Program-made: the position numbers and the translations under genes
Shown here: in pieces, positions 37,457-50,257 of the stretch
How the letters are laid out: each line of letters begins with the position of its first letter
How positions within the stretch are numbered: the first letter of the stretch is position 1
The notes under the pieces: generated by a model
Seen by the model: only the letters and a program-made list of their open reading frames with translations
What the model was told of the DNA's origin: nothing
Database searches by the model: none
Assembly: GCA_045837725.1 (NCBI GenBank)
Contig: JBEWZL010000064.1
Location: forward strand, 372,001 to 436,000
Length of the DNA: 64,000 nt
Reading direction: 5' to 3'
DNA from: Vermamoeba vermiformis
Taxonomy: Eukaryota

Positions 37457-39421
37457 TTAAGCGTCCTTGGTGACGTCGTGAATAGCCTTAGCCAAGTATT
37501 CGACGTTGCCAGAGGTGACACCGGCCATAGAGACACGACCGTCCTTGGTCAAGTAGACGTGCCACTTCTTGGTCAAAGTCTCGACTTGAGCGGGAGACAA
37601 ACCAGTGAAGCAGAACATACCAATTTGGTTGGTGATGTGAGACCAGTCTCGCTTGGAGCCCAAGTCCTTCAAGTGCTTCACCAACTTTTGTCTCATAGAG
37701 ATAATTCTGCTGGCCATGCCGTTGACTTCACTCAACCATTCCTTCTTCAACTCAGGGTTGTTCAAGACGAGGTCGACGATGCGGGCACCATAGATAGGAG
37801 GGTTAGAGTACATAGGTCTGACCAGGATCTTCAATTGAGATTCAAGGCGCTCCTTCTCTTCGGCGCTCTCGGCGATGATTTGGATAGAACCAACACGTTC
37901 ACCGTAGAGACCAAAGTTCTTGGCGAAGGATTGAGTGATGATGGGCTTGTGACCCTTCTCAATGAAGAGGCGGACAGGGAAGGCGTCCTTCTCGGGATCA
38001 CCGCTAGCGAAGCCTTGGTAGGCACTGTCGAAGAAGATAATGTGGTTCTTCTGCTTGCAAACTTGCTCAATTTGCTTCCATTGAGACTCGGTGGGGTCAA
38101 TACCGGTGGGGTTGTGAGCGCAAGCGTGCAACAAGATGATGGAATTGTTGGGGGCGTTCTAAAAATCGGATGTGGCTGTTAGCTACATGCAAATACGAGA
38201 AAATTGCGATAATGCTTCAACTAAAGCGACGCATAGTCGTAGTACACAATGCGCGAGAAAAGATTTTCAAGCAAAATTTTCTAAGGTCAGATTCGTTGCT
38301 CGACCCTGATTTGATAAGAACGGACTAAGCTCTGTAGCACTTACCTTCAAGTCCTCCAACATGCCGTTGAGGTCCAATGAGTTGCCAGACTTGTTGTAGT
38401 ATCTGTAAGTCTTGACATCGAAGCCAGCATCGCGGGAAATAGGGACGTGGTTACCCCAAGTAGGATCGGGGAGGAAGATTTCCTAATTAATTCAAAAATT
38501 AGAAATTTGCCTCGGTTTAATATTCTCGAAATATGGATATCTTTGTTTGGCCGTTAGAGCGTTCGTTTACAATAAAGCGGCGCTGTACTGATCAGATTTC
38601 GAAAACTTACCTTGTTGTCCAAGAAGCGTCTCAAGAAAGAGGTAGCAACTCTGAGGGCACCAGTACCGGACAAGGTTTGAATAACGGCAACCTACGAGAA
38701 AGAACCATGCATTAGTAACCCTTGTAAAGAGCGCGGCTGGAAATTCATGAACGAGTTCGCCCAACGGTCAGATGTGAACCAAAAATTCAACCCGGTAAGA
38801 TTTGAAATACCGCTACAATTCAAACTCCTTATCACGCAATTAATTATGGCAAATATCAATCTGACCGAGCAGTAATTGCCGAGAATAATTTGTCCACGAG
38901 GCGGTCTGAAGATCTAGGGAATAAACGGCGTACCTTGTTTTCCTTGATGAAGGGATGGTTCTCACCCAAGAGGAGCTTAGTAGCAGCCTTAGTGAATTCG
39001 GGAATACCGCTGATAGCAGCATACTCGTGATCCATCTTGCCCTCGAAAATTTTCGTTTCAGCCTACCAACATTAAATCGTCAACCTAACCTTCCAATCGA
39101 TGCAAAAATACACGTAGTATTTTTTTATATTTTTAAATTGGTATTTTTTGAATTGCATCCGAAGAAATTTAAATAATAAGGAATTAAACTCACCTTTCGG
39201 ACGCAAGAAAGAACGTAAGGTTTGCCATTATCGTCACGATAAGCACCGACACCCAAGTTCATCTTGTTGGGGTCAGTGTCGGCCTTGAAGGCGACAGTCA
39301 CACCGAGAATAGGATCAGGGGGACCCATTTGAACCTTGGACCAGATGGTGGAGTAAGCACGAACACCGGATTTGGTGGCGGTCTTGGTAGCAACAGTCTT
39401 GAGAAGTTGGCGAGCGAGCAT
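37457..39421 (-). CDS. GOT2: Mitochondrial aspartate aminotransferase, multi-exon
   Basis: Presequence [10 protein letters not shown]...; [62 protein letters not shown]. Confidence 0.97.
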
Positions 39422-39981
39422 ATTGAGTGACTAGCGGCCTCTTGTGGGAGTCTCTTGGAAATACAAAGAAAAATAACGAACACCAAAAAAAATCAGAAAA
39501 TGTGGCCTGTCGGAGCTAGAAATTTGTACCGTTGTGGCGATTCGGCAATATTTTGTGGTGCAATTACATGATATCGCATTTTTATATGGTGTTAGCCAAA
39601 GTTATGATTAAATTTGTACATAAAATTTTAAATCTGCATGGAGACCACCATTTATGGTAGTATATCTCGATCTGCGGAAAAGGGCCCTGAAAACGATACT
39701 ACCTATATAATTTCCGTGCTGTAATTCGTTTCGTGTAATATTGCAAACGGAGACTTCTTGGGCTGATAAAGCGAAAAAAACAACCAAGCACCGAACATAT
39801 CTGGTGCATCCTATTAAGCAAACTATTTTATGCTATAAAACAGGTTATAATTCTCGTTACTTTTCTTTTTTTGAAGACTGTTTATAGGGCAAGTAAAATA
39901 CCGTGGTGGTCGTGGTGGTCGTGCCGATATTTTTTCTAGCTCAAATTGGACATTTTTTTGTCGCTGTTTGTACTTAGCACC

Positions 39982-42900
39982 ATGGAGGATCTCGAAAAGA
40001 CATACGAACGATTTATTTTGCAGCAAGTCGACTGGGATCAGCTGCCCGTTGACACTAAGAAGTCGATGGGCAACTCGAAGGAGACCTGGAAGCAGAATGT
40101 CGTCAGATTTAGCATTAGACATCAATTAAGATGGAAGACGAATTTGGTTAGGCTATATGTTAGCGAGGAGAAGATGTATTATCAAGAAATTTTGAGATTC
40201 AGTCGTGCTCACTTTATGGTCAGTAGAAAATTACAAAAAAATAGTTATGCATAATTTTCATATTAATGTGATATTTTCACACGATGAATAACTCAAATTG
40301 GCTAATAAGCAAATATTAGAGCTATTTTCAGTTAATATTTTGTTTTCGGATGCACGTTTATTGCTCTCAGCAACAGTCTTATATCATATAAGCTCAATAT
40401 AAACATGCACTATTTAAAAAATCATATTTATCTCGTTAATCTGTTTGATTTTCGATTATTTCGACCAGTCAGTAATTTTCCATTGAATAGTTATACCCCT
40501 ATCACATTGCTGATGTGTTAGTGCGTGGTCTGCGCGTAACACCGTTCAGATATTACTTTGAAATGATGCACGATGTCATGCAAGACGGTAAGTAACGAGC
40601 CACCTACAATGCGATAATTTTTTTTATCGTTGATTAATGGTGCTAAATATAGCCATCAAATAGTAAGCTAATATTTATTTTATAGAAAAATCATATGACG
40701 TTCTTCCGAATTTTACAGCCGCTGATTGTGAGTACTGATTAGCACGTGAAATTACAAATCTAACCGAAGCACAGGTGTTCGCGTATTGGGTATCGGCAGA
40801 AATCAATATATTGACATCATGAACAATATCAAAGCAAAGGTACCGTCAGTCACTATCCACATATTATTAATAGGACCCTATTATAATAATTATGAATAGG
40901 GCGGATTCCAAAAGAACTGGCTGTTCAGCAGCAAGAAAAAGAAAAATATTATTCGAGATTTTCTTCCAACGAGCCCCGAGCGAGTTCATATTGAGTACTG
41001 GTGGATCGTTAGCATCGGATATGTCAGCGAAGAAGATGTGCAGCAGTGTGGTCGCGTGGAACAGGCCCTGGTTGATTTGTTGATCGATGAGGGTCCGAAA
41101 CAAGCCGGTCAATTGCCTAAAAACATCGTGCAATCGTTATACGCAAAGAATTTGATTTATTTGGATATTCCTATTTCCAACACCGATCAGTTTGTTAGTA
41201 AGTCCTCAACGCATCCGAAAATTTAAAATTTCACCAGATCGATAACTAATTTTATTCGCATCATTTAGTGCCTCCTTTAAGAGATTTCGTTATGAATAGA
41301 GTTAGCGGAGATTATTTTGAAAATTTATTGTACAAAGTGTTCGTGTCCCTCGATGAAAGAACGACAGTTGAAGGTCTTGCAAAGATCTTAGATATTGATA
41401 TTGAATTGATTAAGGTACCAGTATTAATACTGCCTCACATCTAATATTAACATTGATTATTATAGCAAGCCATCTCGCTGTTCATTCGGTTAGGCATGGC
41501 TTCGAAGAAGAATGTCGAGCCTATCACTTTCGTAAGTTAATGTTGCGTACAATAGATACAGATCATAGCAAATATATTATGATTTGGTTATAGCCGACAG
41601 GTATTAACGATCGCATATTTAGACCGCTGAGGCTACGGATGACATTGGCCGAACTATTCAAAACAAGTGGCATCCTTCGTGGATCAAGACTAAGGACTCA
41701 CCTGTCTTGTCTCGAAAGAACGACAACAGTGCCACGCCTGATCTATTAATAGACTTTGACGAGCCTGTGACGTCATCATTGAGCTCTTCGGCCTCTGAAA
41801 TTCCACCTGAGCCACGGACCCCTACTCCGGTACAATCTCCGCCACCAGCTAGAAAGAAGCCAACGTCAGGTAGTAAAGACTATGAGCTCATCTTTATATG
41901 TTTATTAACGTAGTGTTGTCTATTAGAGTCCCAAGAAGTCGTGCAAGAAGAGCTGAAGAGAGTTGGATTTTTGTTTGACAGCACATTGGCCGCGTACTTG
42001 ATGATGGGCAATTTGACAGCTGGATTGAAAGCACACGCCGTTACGATGTTTGAAGCTGGCAAATTGAACGACGAACAAATGGACGACTTTTTAATGCAGT
42101 TGGATAAGGTACGTGACCCTTACTCTTGCCAAACAAATTTCTCGGAGAATAATTTTAAATATACATTTGACACTTCGTGCATGTTATTAAAGGTCCCTAT
42201 CTCAGTTGTAATATATGTATGTTGTATTAATACTATGGTATTAGATTGATCTGCGGGCGTCAGAAGGTGAGGCTCAACGATACTTCGACCATGCAATTAC
42301 ACTGCGCAATACACTGCGGTTCATGCGCAAGAACGAAGCGAATAAGATTAAGGGCTGTGACGGCGGAGTTGATTTGGTTCGCTGTGAACGATTGAACAGT
42401 TTGGATCACGCAGCAAGGATCAGAGTTTTGAGCCGAAGTTATGCTCTTTTAATCTCTATGGCACCTCTTACTGGCGAGGCATTGACTATCACGAGCTCAA
42501 TACCACGTCATTTTGGTCCTATTATTCCTGAGGTAACGCCTTGCAGTCTGCGAGCACATCCGCATCCACCTGGCACTTTTCACTAACAGTTTCTATATTA
42601 GGTTATGTCGCCATGGTTCAAATTATACATATACAATGCAGCAAAGTCGGGGCCTGATTCGATCTTATTCCCAAAGGGTCTTCGAGTTAATTATTTACCC
42701 GAAGTATTCGAGGTAAGTTGGTGTCAGACAATGGCAACTAGATCTAACTACTTGCCTTATTTAGACTTGCGAATTGGTTAGAATCGAACCTTGGGGTGCA
42801 GCGGAGCCTTATACTACGCCTGTTTGTAAGTATCAAGCCCGAACAACTTTTTCAAATCCGCATCCGATTAGTTACTGCAGCAGATCTAATTTTAATTTAC

Positions 42901-43599
42901 TATTTCAGCCAACTTGCTATTAGTCTTAAACGACATATTACTGGCTGGTCCTGTATTAGTTCAAGCATGGACACATCGAACAGCGCAAGACAAAGGTGGA
43001 GTAAATCTGCTCGAAGAACCAAAGACCTTGTTCGTGCCCTTCCCACTCGAACCTAGTCTCGTTGATTATGGTGCTAATGAACGTAAGTTTAAATTATTAT
43101 TGATATTCTTGTCTTTTAAAGGAAAAGTGAAATTTTGATGAGTGGATCCACTTCACTTCGTGAACTAATTGTGACTTGTATTATAGTCGAATACACAGAG
43201 TTCAATATCCATTCACATCCAGCCGTCAAGGCCTTGGATAAAGCGATGAATTTGAGCAAGTCTATTGGCTTCATTAAGATGATTTTGATCGACGATCCGA
43301 CCTCGGGCATTCTCAAGTGGGTCCCGTTTGACATTCAATACGGCATGCCGTTGTTCGATAAGAAGCTTAATAGAGAAGTTTGCAACAAGATTGAAAAGTT
43401 TGGATTATTTGAAGAGAATAATCTGCGCGAGTACTCGAAGAGTTGCCGAGATCTGTCGTTGAGGCTGTTAGATTATATTGGCCAGATGAAACAAGAAGAA
43501 TTGGACGAGAAAGATTTGGAGGCTGATATTGTGCCATTGCCTAATCAAATTGTATCCTTCTACCAACAGATCTCTCCTGTTACATCGGTTTTGGAGTAA
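39982..43599 (+). CDS. FAM91A1: FAM91A1 family protein, multi-exon
   Basis: [15 protein letters not shown]...[99 protein letters not shown]. Confidence 0.93.
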
Positions 43600-43709
43600 A
43601 CAGATCCCTAAGCCTAAATTGCCAAATTAATTTTGCCGGCCCGTACTTGATTCTTGTAATTTACGCTAGTACTATTACAGAGTTTTATTGATAATTATTT
43701 ACAGCAGAA

Positions 43710-44006
43710 TTAATTAATATTATTAATACGCTGCAATGTCAATAACTGGATCGCGTCCTCTGCCCGCATAGGCTGTGCTCCGGCAGCATTACCTCGTGCA
43801 ATTAACGGTTGAACAGAAGCATGGAGAGCATGGTGCGTTGGTTGGAGACCATTGGCAACAGCCCGTGCATCGTTAAGTACTACTGGCTGATTATCTGCTG
43901 GTATTCTGTTGTATAAAGCCAAAGCAACTTCATTCAACTTGTTAACAACGTTTTGTTTCAGTGCAACTTCTTTATTGGCTGCGTCGACGTCGATTGAGTA
44001 AAACAA
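43710..44006 (-). other. ATG-less 98-codon open frame starting immediately after the V-ATPase B-like stop
   Basis: Protein-like helical sequence (EVALKQNVVNKLNEVALALYNRIP...) in the -1 frame relative to the upstream gene; no start codon or promoter space of its own. Confidence 0.4.
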
Positions 44007-44008
44007 CT

Positions 44009-45859
44009 TTATTTTTTTGCGTAGTACAAATCCAAATAACGGTAGTAGATGTAATTTAACTTGTCACGCGGGAAAATTCGCAGCAGTTCCCAAGCCAGAT
44101 CATAAGTCTTCATCAGATCACGTGACTCGTTCCAGGACTGGTTGATCATTCGTCGATCGAACGCATCTTTGAAATTCAAGTACAATTGCTCATTTGGGTC
44201 AAAAAATGACTCGCCTACAACTGCCCGATAGGCAGCAATTTCATGGCCCTTAGCGTACAATACGTCCTGCATTATGCTGCGATTAACAAATGATTTCCAA
44301 GAAAAGGAGTTTTTGCGTACCAATTGAAATACAATGGAACGGTGGTCTTCACGTGTCAAGCCGTAACCCAAAACTGTGGGGATTTTGTAAAAGGCCATAA
44401 CGTCTATTGGCGGATATATTCCACGATTGTGCAGCTGTCTGCTGAGCACCAGATAATTTTCAGTAAATGCTCCCATCAGATCTACCATCGGATGGGTCAT
44501 ATCATCGGCGGGGACAGTCATTATAGGCACTATAGTCAATGAGCCGCTCGATCCTTCAACAACGCCTCCACGTTCAAATAGACTTGCCAGATCCGAACCC
44601 AAATAGCTCGGATATTTTTGTGTCTTTGACACCTAATCGTAGCAAGTGTCAAATTTTAGTTGAATTAAAAAGGCAATATACTGACATTACGATCAATCAG
44701 CTGCATGATGCCACAATAAGCTTCCATATCTAAAGAAGGGTCAGTTTTAAATGCTACGGAAAAATCTACGAGTGCAATGTACCTGTAATTACAACCATCA
44801 CGTGCTTTTGTTTCTCGTAAGCCAAGTACTCCGCGAATGTCAAAGCGAGTCTTGGTGTTAACAATCGTTCATGAATTGGATCGGAGATGCAGTTCATGAA
44901 CGAGGTGACTTGGTGCTTGCTTTGCAGCTCTTTGAACTCCGCTGTGAAGAACCGCATGGCATCGTTTGATAGCTGCACGGTCGATTAGTGTCATAATACT
45001 TAATATAACATACAATTTATGAGAAGTTGAATATGGACTTACGCCAATGCCAGCAAAGACAATCGTGAATTCTTCGGAGAAATTTCGGGCATGTTCAGGC
45101 TTGACGACAGCAGCTTGACGAATGATTTGCGCGGCGAGTTCATTGTGCGGCAGACCAGCTGCAGAATATATGGTGTATACGCGACCAATAGCAATTGTGT
45201 TCATCAGATCTATGGCACCAACGCCCGTTGTAATTATTCCGTTGGGCCATTGGCGTGCAACTGGATTGATGGGCCGGCTTTGAATGTCCACGTGCTTCTC
45301 GGGGTACGACGCAAATGTTTTGTCCCTGGGCTTGCCTGAACTATTGTAGTAAGGCGAGGATTAGATTGTGCATCACAACGATAAAAAATGAAGCGAGATC
45401 TAACCCATCAAAAAATCCTCCAATCATGTCCTCGCTCACTGGCATCTTGAACACCTCGCCTGTGCACTCGACTCGCACTTCAGATAGGCTCATACCAGTC
45501 ATTTCTTCAAAGACCTTTAATGCGGTAAATTAGCCATTCAATACCGAATCCGGAAAAAATTGGGACTTACTTGAGCTACAGCTTTATTTCCAGATATTTC
45601 GACGATTTGACCTCGAACCATCTTTCCATTTTTGGAATAAATATTGACCATCTCCATCAGTTTGGGCTAAAAGACGGATCAATCGTAGGTTCAAACTCGC
45701 TTACAAAACAGATAAAAATTACCTTAATATTTTCTATTACCAACAATTGCTCCCATGTTGCTGCTCTAACCATTCGACAGCCTTAAATAAAGGTTAAAAT
45801 AAATTCAGAATATTTTCAAACTTGCTTGTCAACGGCTGGGCAGTCAAATTCGATTCCAT
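44009..45859 (-). CDS. Highly divergent V-type ATPase subunit B paralog, multi-exon
   Basis: VRGQIVEISGNKAVAQ, PINP, AIDLMNTI, YSAAGLPHNELAAQIIRQA, ERLLTPRLALTFAEYLAYE, DDMTHP, RQLHNRGIYPPIDV, DLAWELLRIFP. Confidence 0.88.
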
Positions 45860-46223
45860 TGTGTCTTAATAGCTAACGTTGTGTATAATAAGTGGTATGA
45901 GAGAAAACATGACAGTAAACTCTTCCATTGAAAAATTCGACTGAACTTTATTTACCCGATCCGGACCTTGTGCTTGTCTAGTTTGACAGTTGTTGACTTG
46001 AATCGTCCTCCACAATTCCTTCGTCAAGTGGTGATTCTTTATCGTTCACTAGTTATCATATGTCATTGACTATTCCGTGACACGTGTTGACGGATGCTGT
46101 CCCTCGTTGAGGAGATAAAATGTTTTATGTACATTGACGTAAATAACTATATTACAAAGCCGCTTCAAGCGTTAAATAAATAAACTTCTACTATTATATA
46201 CTGATAGAGCTCTATTCTCGTCT

Positions 46224-48796
46224 CTATCGTTTCTTCGTCGGGGTCGTTTTCTTCGTGCTAGGCAAGGATTTCAATGAAAAGACCGGATCTTTCGCGCGGG
46301 ACTTTTGAGTGACGATGACATAGGTCAAGAATACGCCTATAATCAAGCCACCCATAGCACAAGCCAAAGCAATCATTACCACTTCAAACTTGGTCAGATC
46401 GACTGAATAAGCGAGATCCAATCGCGCTTGGTGTTCGTTGGAGCGTTGAGCGAATAGCTTGGCTTGATGCTGACTCTCGATGAAGACATTTCGCGCTTCA
46501 AAAGCAGCGGGCATGAATTCAGTGAACACGCCATCCACGCCGAGTTCGTAGAAGTAGAGGTACTCTATTATTGACTAAGTATTAGTTTCATGGCTCTTTA
46601 CTAACGCATTAACATATATGCCAATATAGGCCGTTTATAAGCTTCTAAATGAATTTCGAAATAAAATTTGATAAATTTGTACTGGCAAGATCCGCGGTCA
46701 GTAGATTTGCTTGGGAAGAGTATTATTATATAGTCGAGGTACATACCAGAGAGCTTGTCACCATTGAAGTATTTAGGCAAGTTGCGGTCTTCGTATTCAT
46801 TACGCAAAGTCCAAATATGAACTTCGAGATTGCGTTTATGAGCCTCGTCGATAATTTGGCCAGGGGTCCAAAAAGGAGTGAAATTAGGGTACCTACAACA
46901 ATATATCAGCAACTTGATTACTTTCGCATATTAACTAAGCCTAGATCCGCTCCAGGTCATAATTTTTGAAAATTGAAGAAAACGGTCGTTGTGACCAAAG
47001 ATTTACGTGGCAAAAATAGATTCGCTCAATTTACTGAGTAAAATATGATAAAATATGGTATAATAAGAATACTAAATAATACTTACGGCGAAGGAGCCAT
47101 CAAGTATTGCTTATCGGGACCAATTCCATTAGCGAATGTAGCAATCTTGTCCAATCGTTCAGGAGTTAAATACTATCATAATACCAATAATTAGTAAGTA
47201 ATTTCATTGGAAATATTAAATTTAGAGCCAGATCTGATGCACGCGTACTGACGAAATAAAAATATTTTAGTATGACGAAAGTTACCTCGTTAAAGTTAAT
47301 AACGTCGTCTTCGGAGATATCACAAGGCGAGTCAATCAACTTAATAAGCCTATTGTAATTAGAATCGTTAGAATAGTCCTCGTCGAATTAGATCGCGGTT
47401 GTAATACAATATCTTAACGCTTCATACGTAAAATATTGTTCAACGTGTTACTTATACATACTTAATATCAGTTCTCTTGCGCAATCTGATCAAGTTTTGA
47501 TTTTCGAATGATTGCAGGTAGATCTTTTGTGCAGCGGCTTCAGGACCTTTCAATTTATAGCCGTATTCCTCGAGGGTGCTCAATAATGGGTCGTCGAATG
47601 AGTAACCATGCTAATAAACCAAACTATTAGTTCCTGATCTAAAATTTTTGTCGTGTACTGGATCTCCATTCTTATTTTTAAGAATCATATAGCTTTGCAA
47701 GATTATATAACGCATATATATACGTATTAAATATTATAATAATAACGATTAAATATCATTTGATTCCTTACCTCCTCGAAGAAAGTTGGATGCTTAGTTT
47801 CAATATAAATTCCGACGTCTAGTTTGAGGTCTCTATTCATCTTTTGCAATAAATCAAGCACTTCACGCAATGTAGGCACCGTTAGCAATCCGTCCATAGA
47901 AGTCTCGCGGATCTCTCTTCTTTGTTTTGCGCGAAGGGTCTTGATCTCTTCCAAGGTAAAGTCTGAAAGTAGCGTTTCAGCATATATTGCTAAATAAGGC
48001 TATATGGATATAATAGTATATTTACCGATGCTCATCCATCCTGTTACAACTTTTCCGTTGCGTAAAGTGACGGATCTGTTTCTCGAGGCAAATTCAGGAC
48101 GAGAAGCCACGTCAGTGACTCCATCTAATATAGATTAGCGATATTCGTATGTAAAGATCGATATAGTACCTAAATTGACGTCGTGAACGCAAACTAAGTG
48201 GCCATCCTTTGTAAAAACCAAATCCGGCTCAATATAATCAGCACCTGTGACGATAAATTAAATAAAATAATTCAAATATTATAGACAACGTTATTACCTT
48301 CGCGGATAGCAATGGCGTAAGATGCTAGCGTGTGTTCAGGGACTATGAAGGGAGATCCTCTGTGAGCCAACAATAAGGGTCTTCGAATGCTATTCATTGT
48401 AACATTAGTATTTGCTTTATATAATTATGGACATTAGGATATTTGTTGCCTCGATTTAATAGGAAAAGCACGAGCTCTAATAGAAAATTCGCAAAAGTTT
48501 GGCCCGATCAAGTCTGAAGCAGGCTTGGCGTGCAATTAAATATAATATAGTACGAGTAATATTATTTAATCAATAATATATTATTGTTCGTCGTATTTGC
48601 CGTATTATAACAAATTTAATTTAAATTAACCGGCGTTATTTTATTTTACCGACGCGTTGTCGAAGTTATTTTCGGGCCATATTGATTTGCTTAGTGATAT
48701 TATTGAGCTATGTATATTAAATAATTCATACCTATCTGCCCAAACTCCTGACAGCAGGATCGAGATCAACACAAACAAAATTACTTGGATCTTCAT
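46224..48796 (-). CDS. Glycerophosphodiester phosphodiesterase (GlpQ/GDPD-like) with signal peptide and C-terminal TM helix, multi-exon
   Basis: MKIQVILFVLISILLSGVWA; LAHRGS...PEHTLASY, ADYIEPDLVFTKDG, YIETKHP, LQSFE, GIGPDK, VHIWTLRNE, GVDGVFTEF. Confidence 0.92.
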
Positions 48797-49241
48797 TTGC
48801 AACAGATCAACGCGAGAGTTGCGCACTGTTGTATCTAGATCGCTAGGTCAGTAGCGTTTAGGGCGAAGACCGCTATTTGTTTCGCAGCTGCAACAAGCAA
48901 CGAAATGATAAATTTTCCGATCAGAGGAAGAAAACGAACGAATTTCAGGGACAACTGAAAAAGATACAATTTCCTAATGTTACAATGCGGAAGAGAAAAC
49001 TCAGCGATAATATTTTATTCTAAGAGTTTGAGACACGCAACCAGAAACACAAAAATACCTTCCCGTGTCTCATCTCGGCAGGATCAGAAACAAAACTTCG
49101 TATAAACATAATAATCCGGCAATTGTATTATCTAAACATAAAATTGATACAAGAACTAGTTCGTTCTCTCCCTTCTTTGTTGGACAAAGATAAAATTACT
49201 TTCATTTTTGTTCCGCAATAGATCTCCTCGCGTCACATTAG

Positions 49242-49554
49242 GGGGCCCGTTTATGTAAATCGGGCCGGAGGAAAACGGAGAAAAACCGACCCGACATTAG
49301 CCGGTAAATCCTACACCCGAACCGGCACCCACTATTTATTACTTGGGCCTACAAACGAGCGACCAGGGTGACAGTACCCCTCCCAAACACGATCAGACCC
49401 AGATAGAAGCAAGATATAACTCCAAAGTGCACCACACAAGGCGAGGGTTTTTTCATCACGGAGGGCGCCCCGGGGGGTGGTGTCGGCAGGAAAAGGCGGC
49501 TTTGAAATCGGACGTCGGTTTTTCAGTCCGGCCCGATTTACATAAACAGGTCCC
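49242..49554. mobile_element. MITE (non-autonomous DNA transposon), 313 bp, 28-bp TIRs, 8-bp TSD
   Basis: Left end GGGGCCCGTTTATGTAAATCGGGCCGGA; right end reverse complement GGGACCTGTTTATGTAAATCGGGCCGGA (26/28 identical); CACATTAG at 49234-49241 and 49555-49562; GC-rich relative to flanks. Confidence 0.92.
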
Positions 49555-49643
49555 CACATTAGAAACACACTTCAGCGCATTTAAATACGCGTGTTATTAG
49601 TATTACAAGAGTATTTTAGTTGTGAGCGAGCTGAAGAAACTTA

Positions 49644-50168
49644 ATGGGCGATAACAAATTTCCATTGATCCCGTCGCAAGTTTTGGAGGACTTGAAGAAT
49701 TTAGAAACCGATGGAATTAAACCTTATATATTAGCGGAGATTATAGGAGCCGAATATCATCAGCCTGAGAGTGGTAGGAATTAATTTGTAAATTTTTGAA
49801 ATTATTTGCAATTGATTACGTCGACAAAAATGAATTGTATCATTTCTGGTTTGATAGGCACTTTAAATAAATTATTTAATAATTATATGTTAGGTCCTGA
49901 GTTTGCAGAAGCCTTGCTAAAAGAATTTTCATCTGACAAAGCACTCAATCTCGAGCAAAAACTCAAAGACCCGTCTCCAGCAGTTAGAAAAGACGCAGAA
50001 GATTTAACAGAAAAAACAGCTGATGCCGTTATATCATATTTGGAGACTAAGGATTGGTTCGAAAGCACCGATCGCATCCTTCAAAAGAAACTCGAAGAAA
50101 TCAAGCTGCTAAGGCAACGTATTCAACAATCTGTAAAATTAATAGACGACAATAACAACCTCTTGTAA
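49644..50168 (+). CDS. Small helical hypothetical protein (2 exons)
   Basis: MGDNKFPLIP...YHQPES, GTAGGA donor, then TAG acceptor into GPEFAEALLKEF...; coiled-coil-like C-terminus. Confidence 0.5.
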
Positions 50169-50257
50169 ATAAACCTTGTGCATATTACTCTCCGTCACCT
50201 TTTTGTTGCGTGTTTGGCGGATCCATTTTTAGTTCGATCAGCTGAACGCAAAACACA

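Noticed and set aside
37478-38182. 234-aa plus-strand ORF
   Set aside because: Antisense shadow of the last GOT2 exon.
38765-38867. 9-bp inverted repeat (CGGTCAGAT/ATCTGACCG) in a GOT2 intron, possible C/D snoRNA
   Set aside because: A CTGA is present but no canonical RTGATGA box C or recognisable guide; insufficient support.
49332-49600. Short ORFs inside the MITE
   Set aside because: No transposase motifs; expected by chance in GC-richer DNA.
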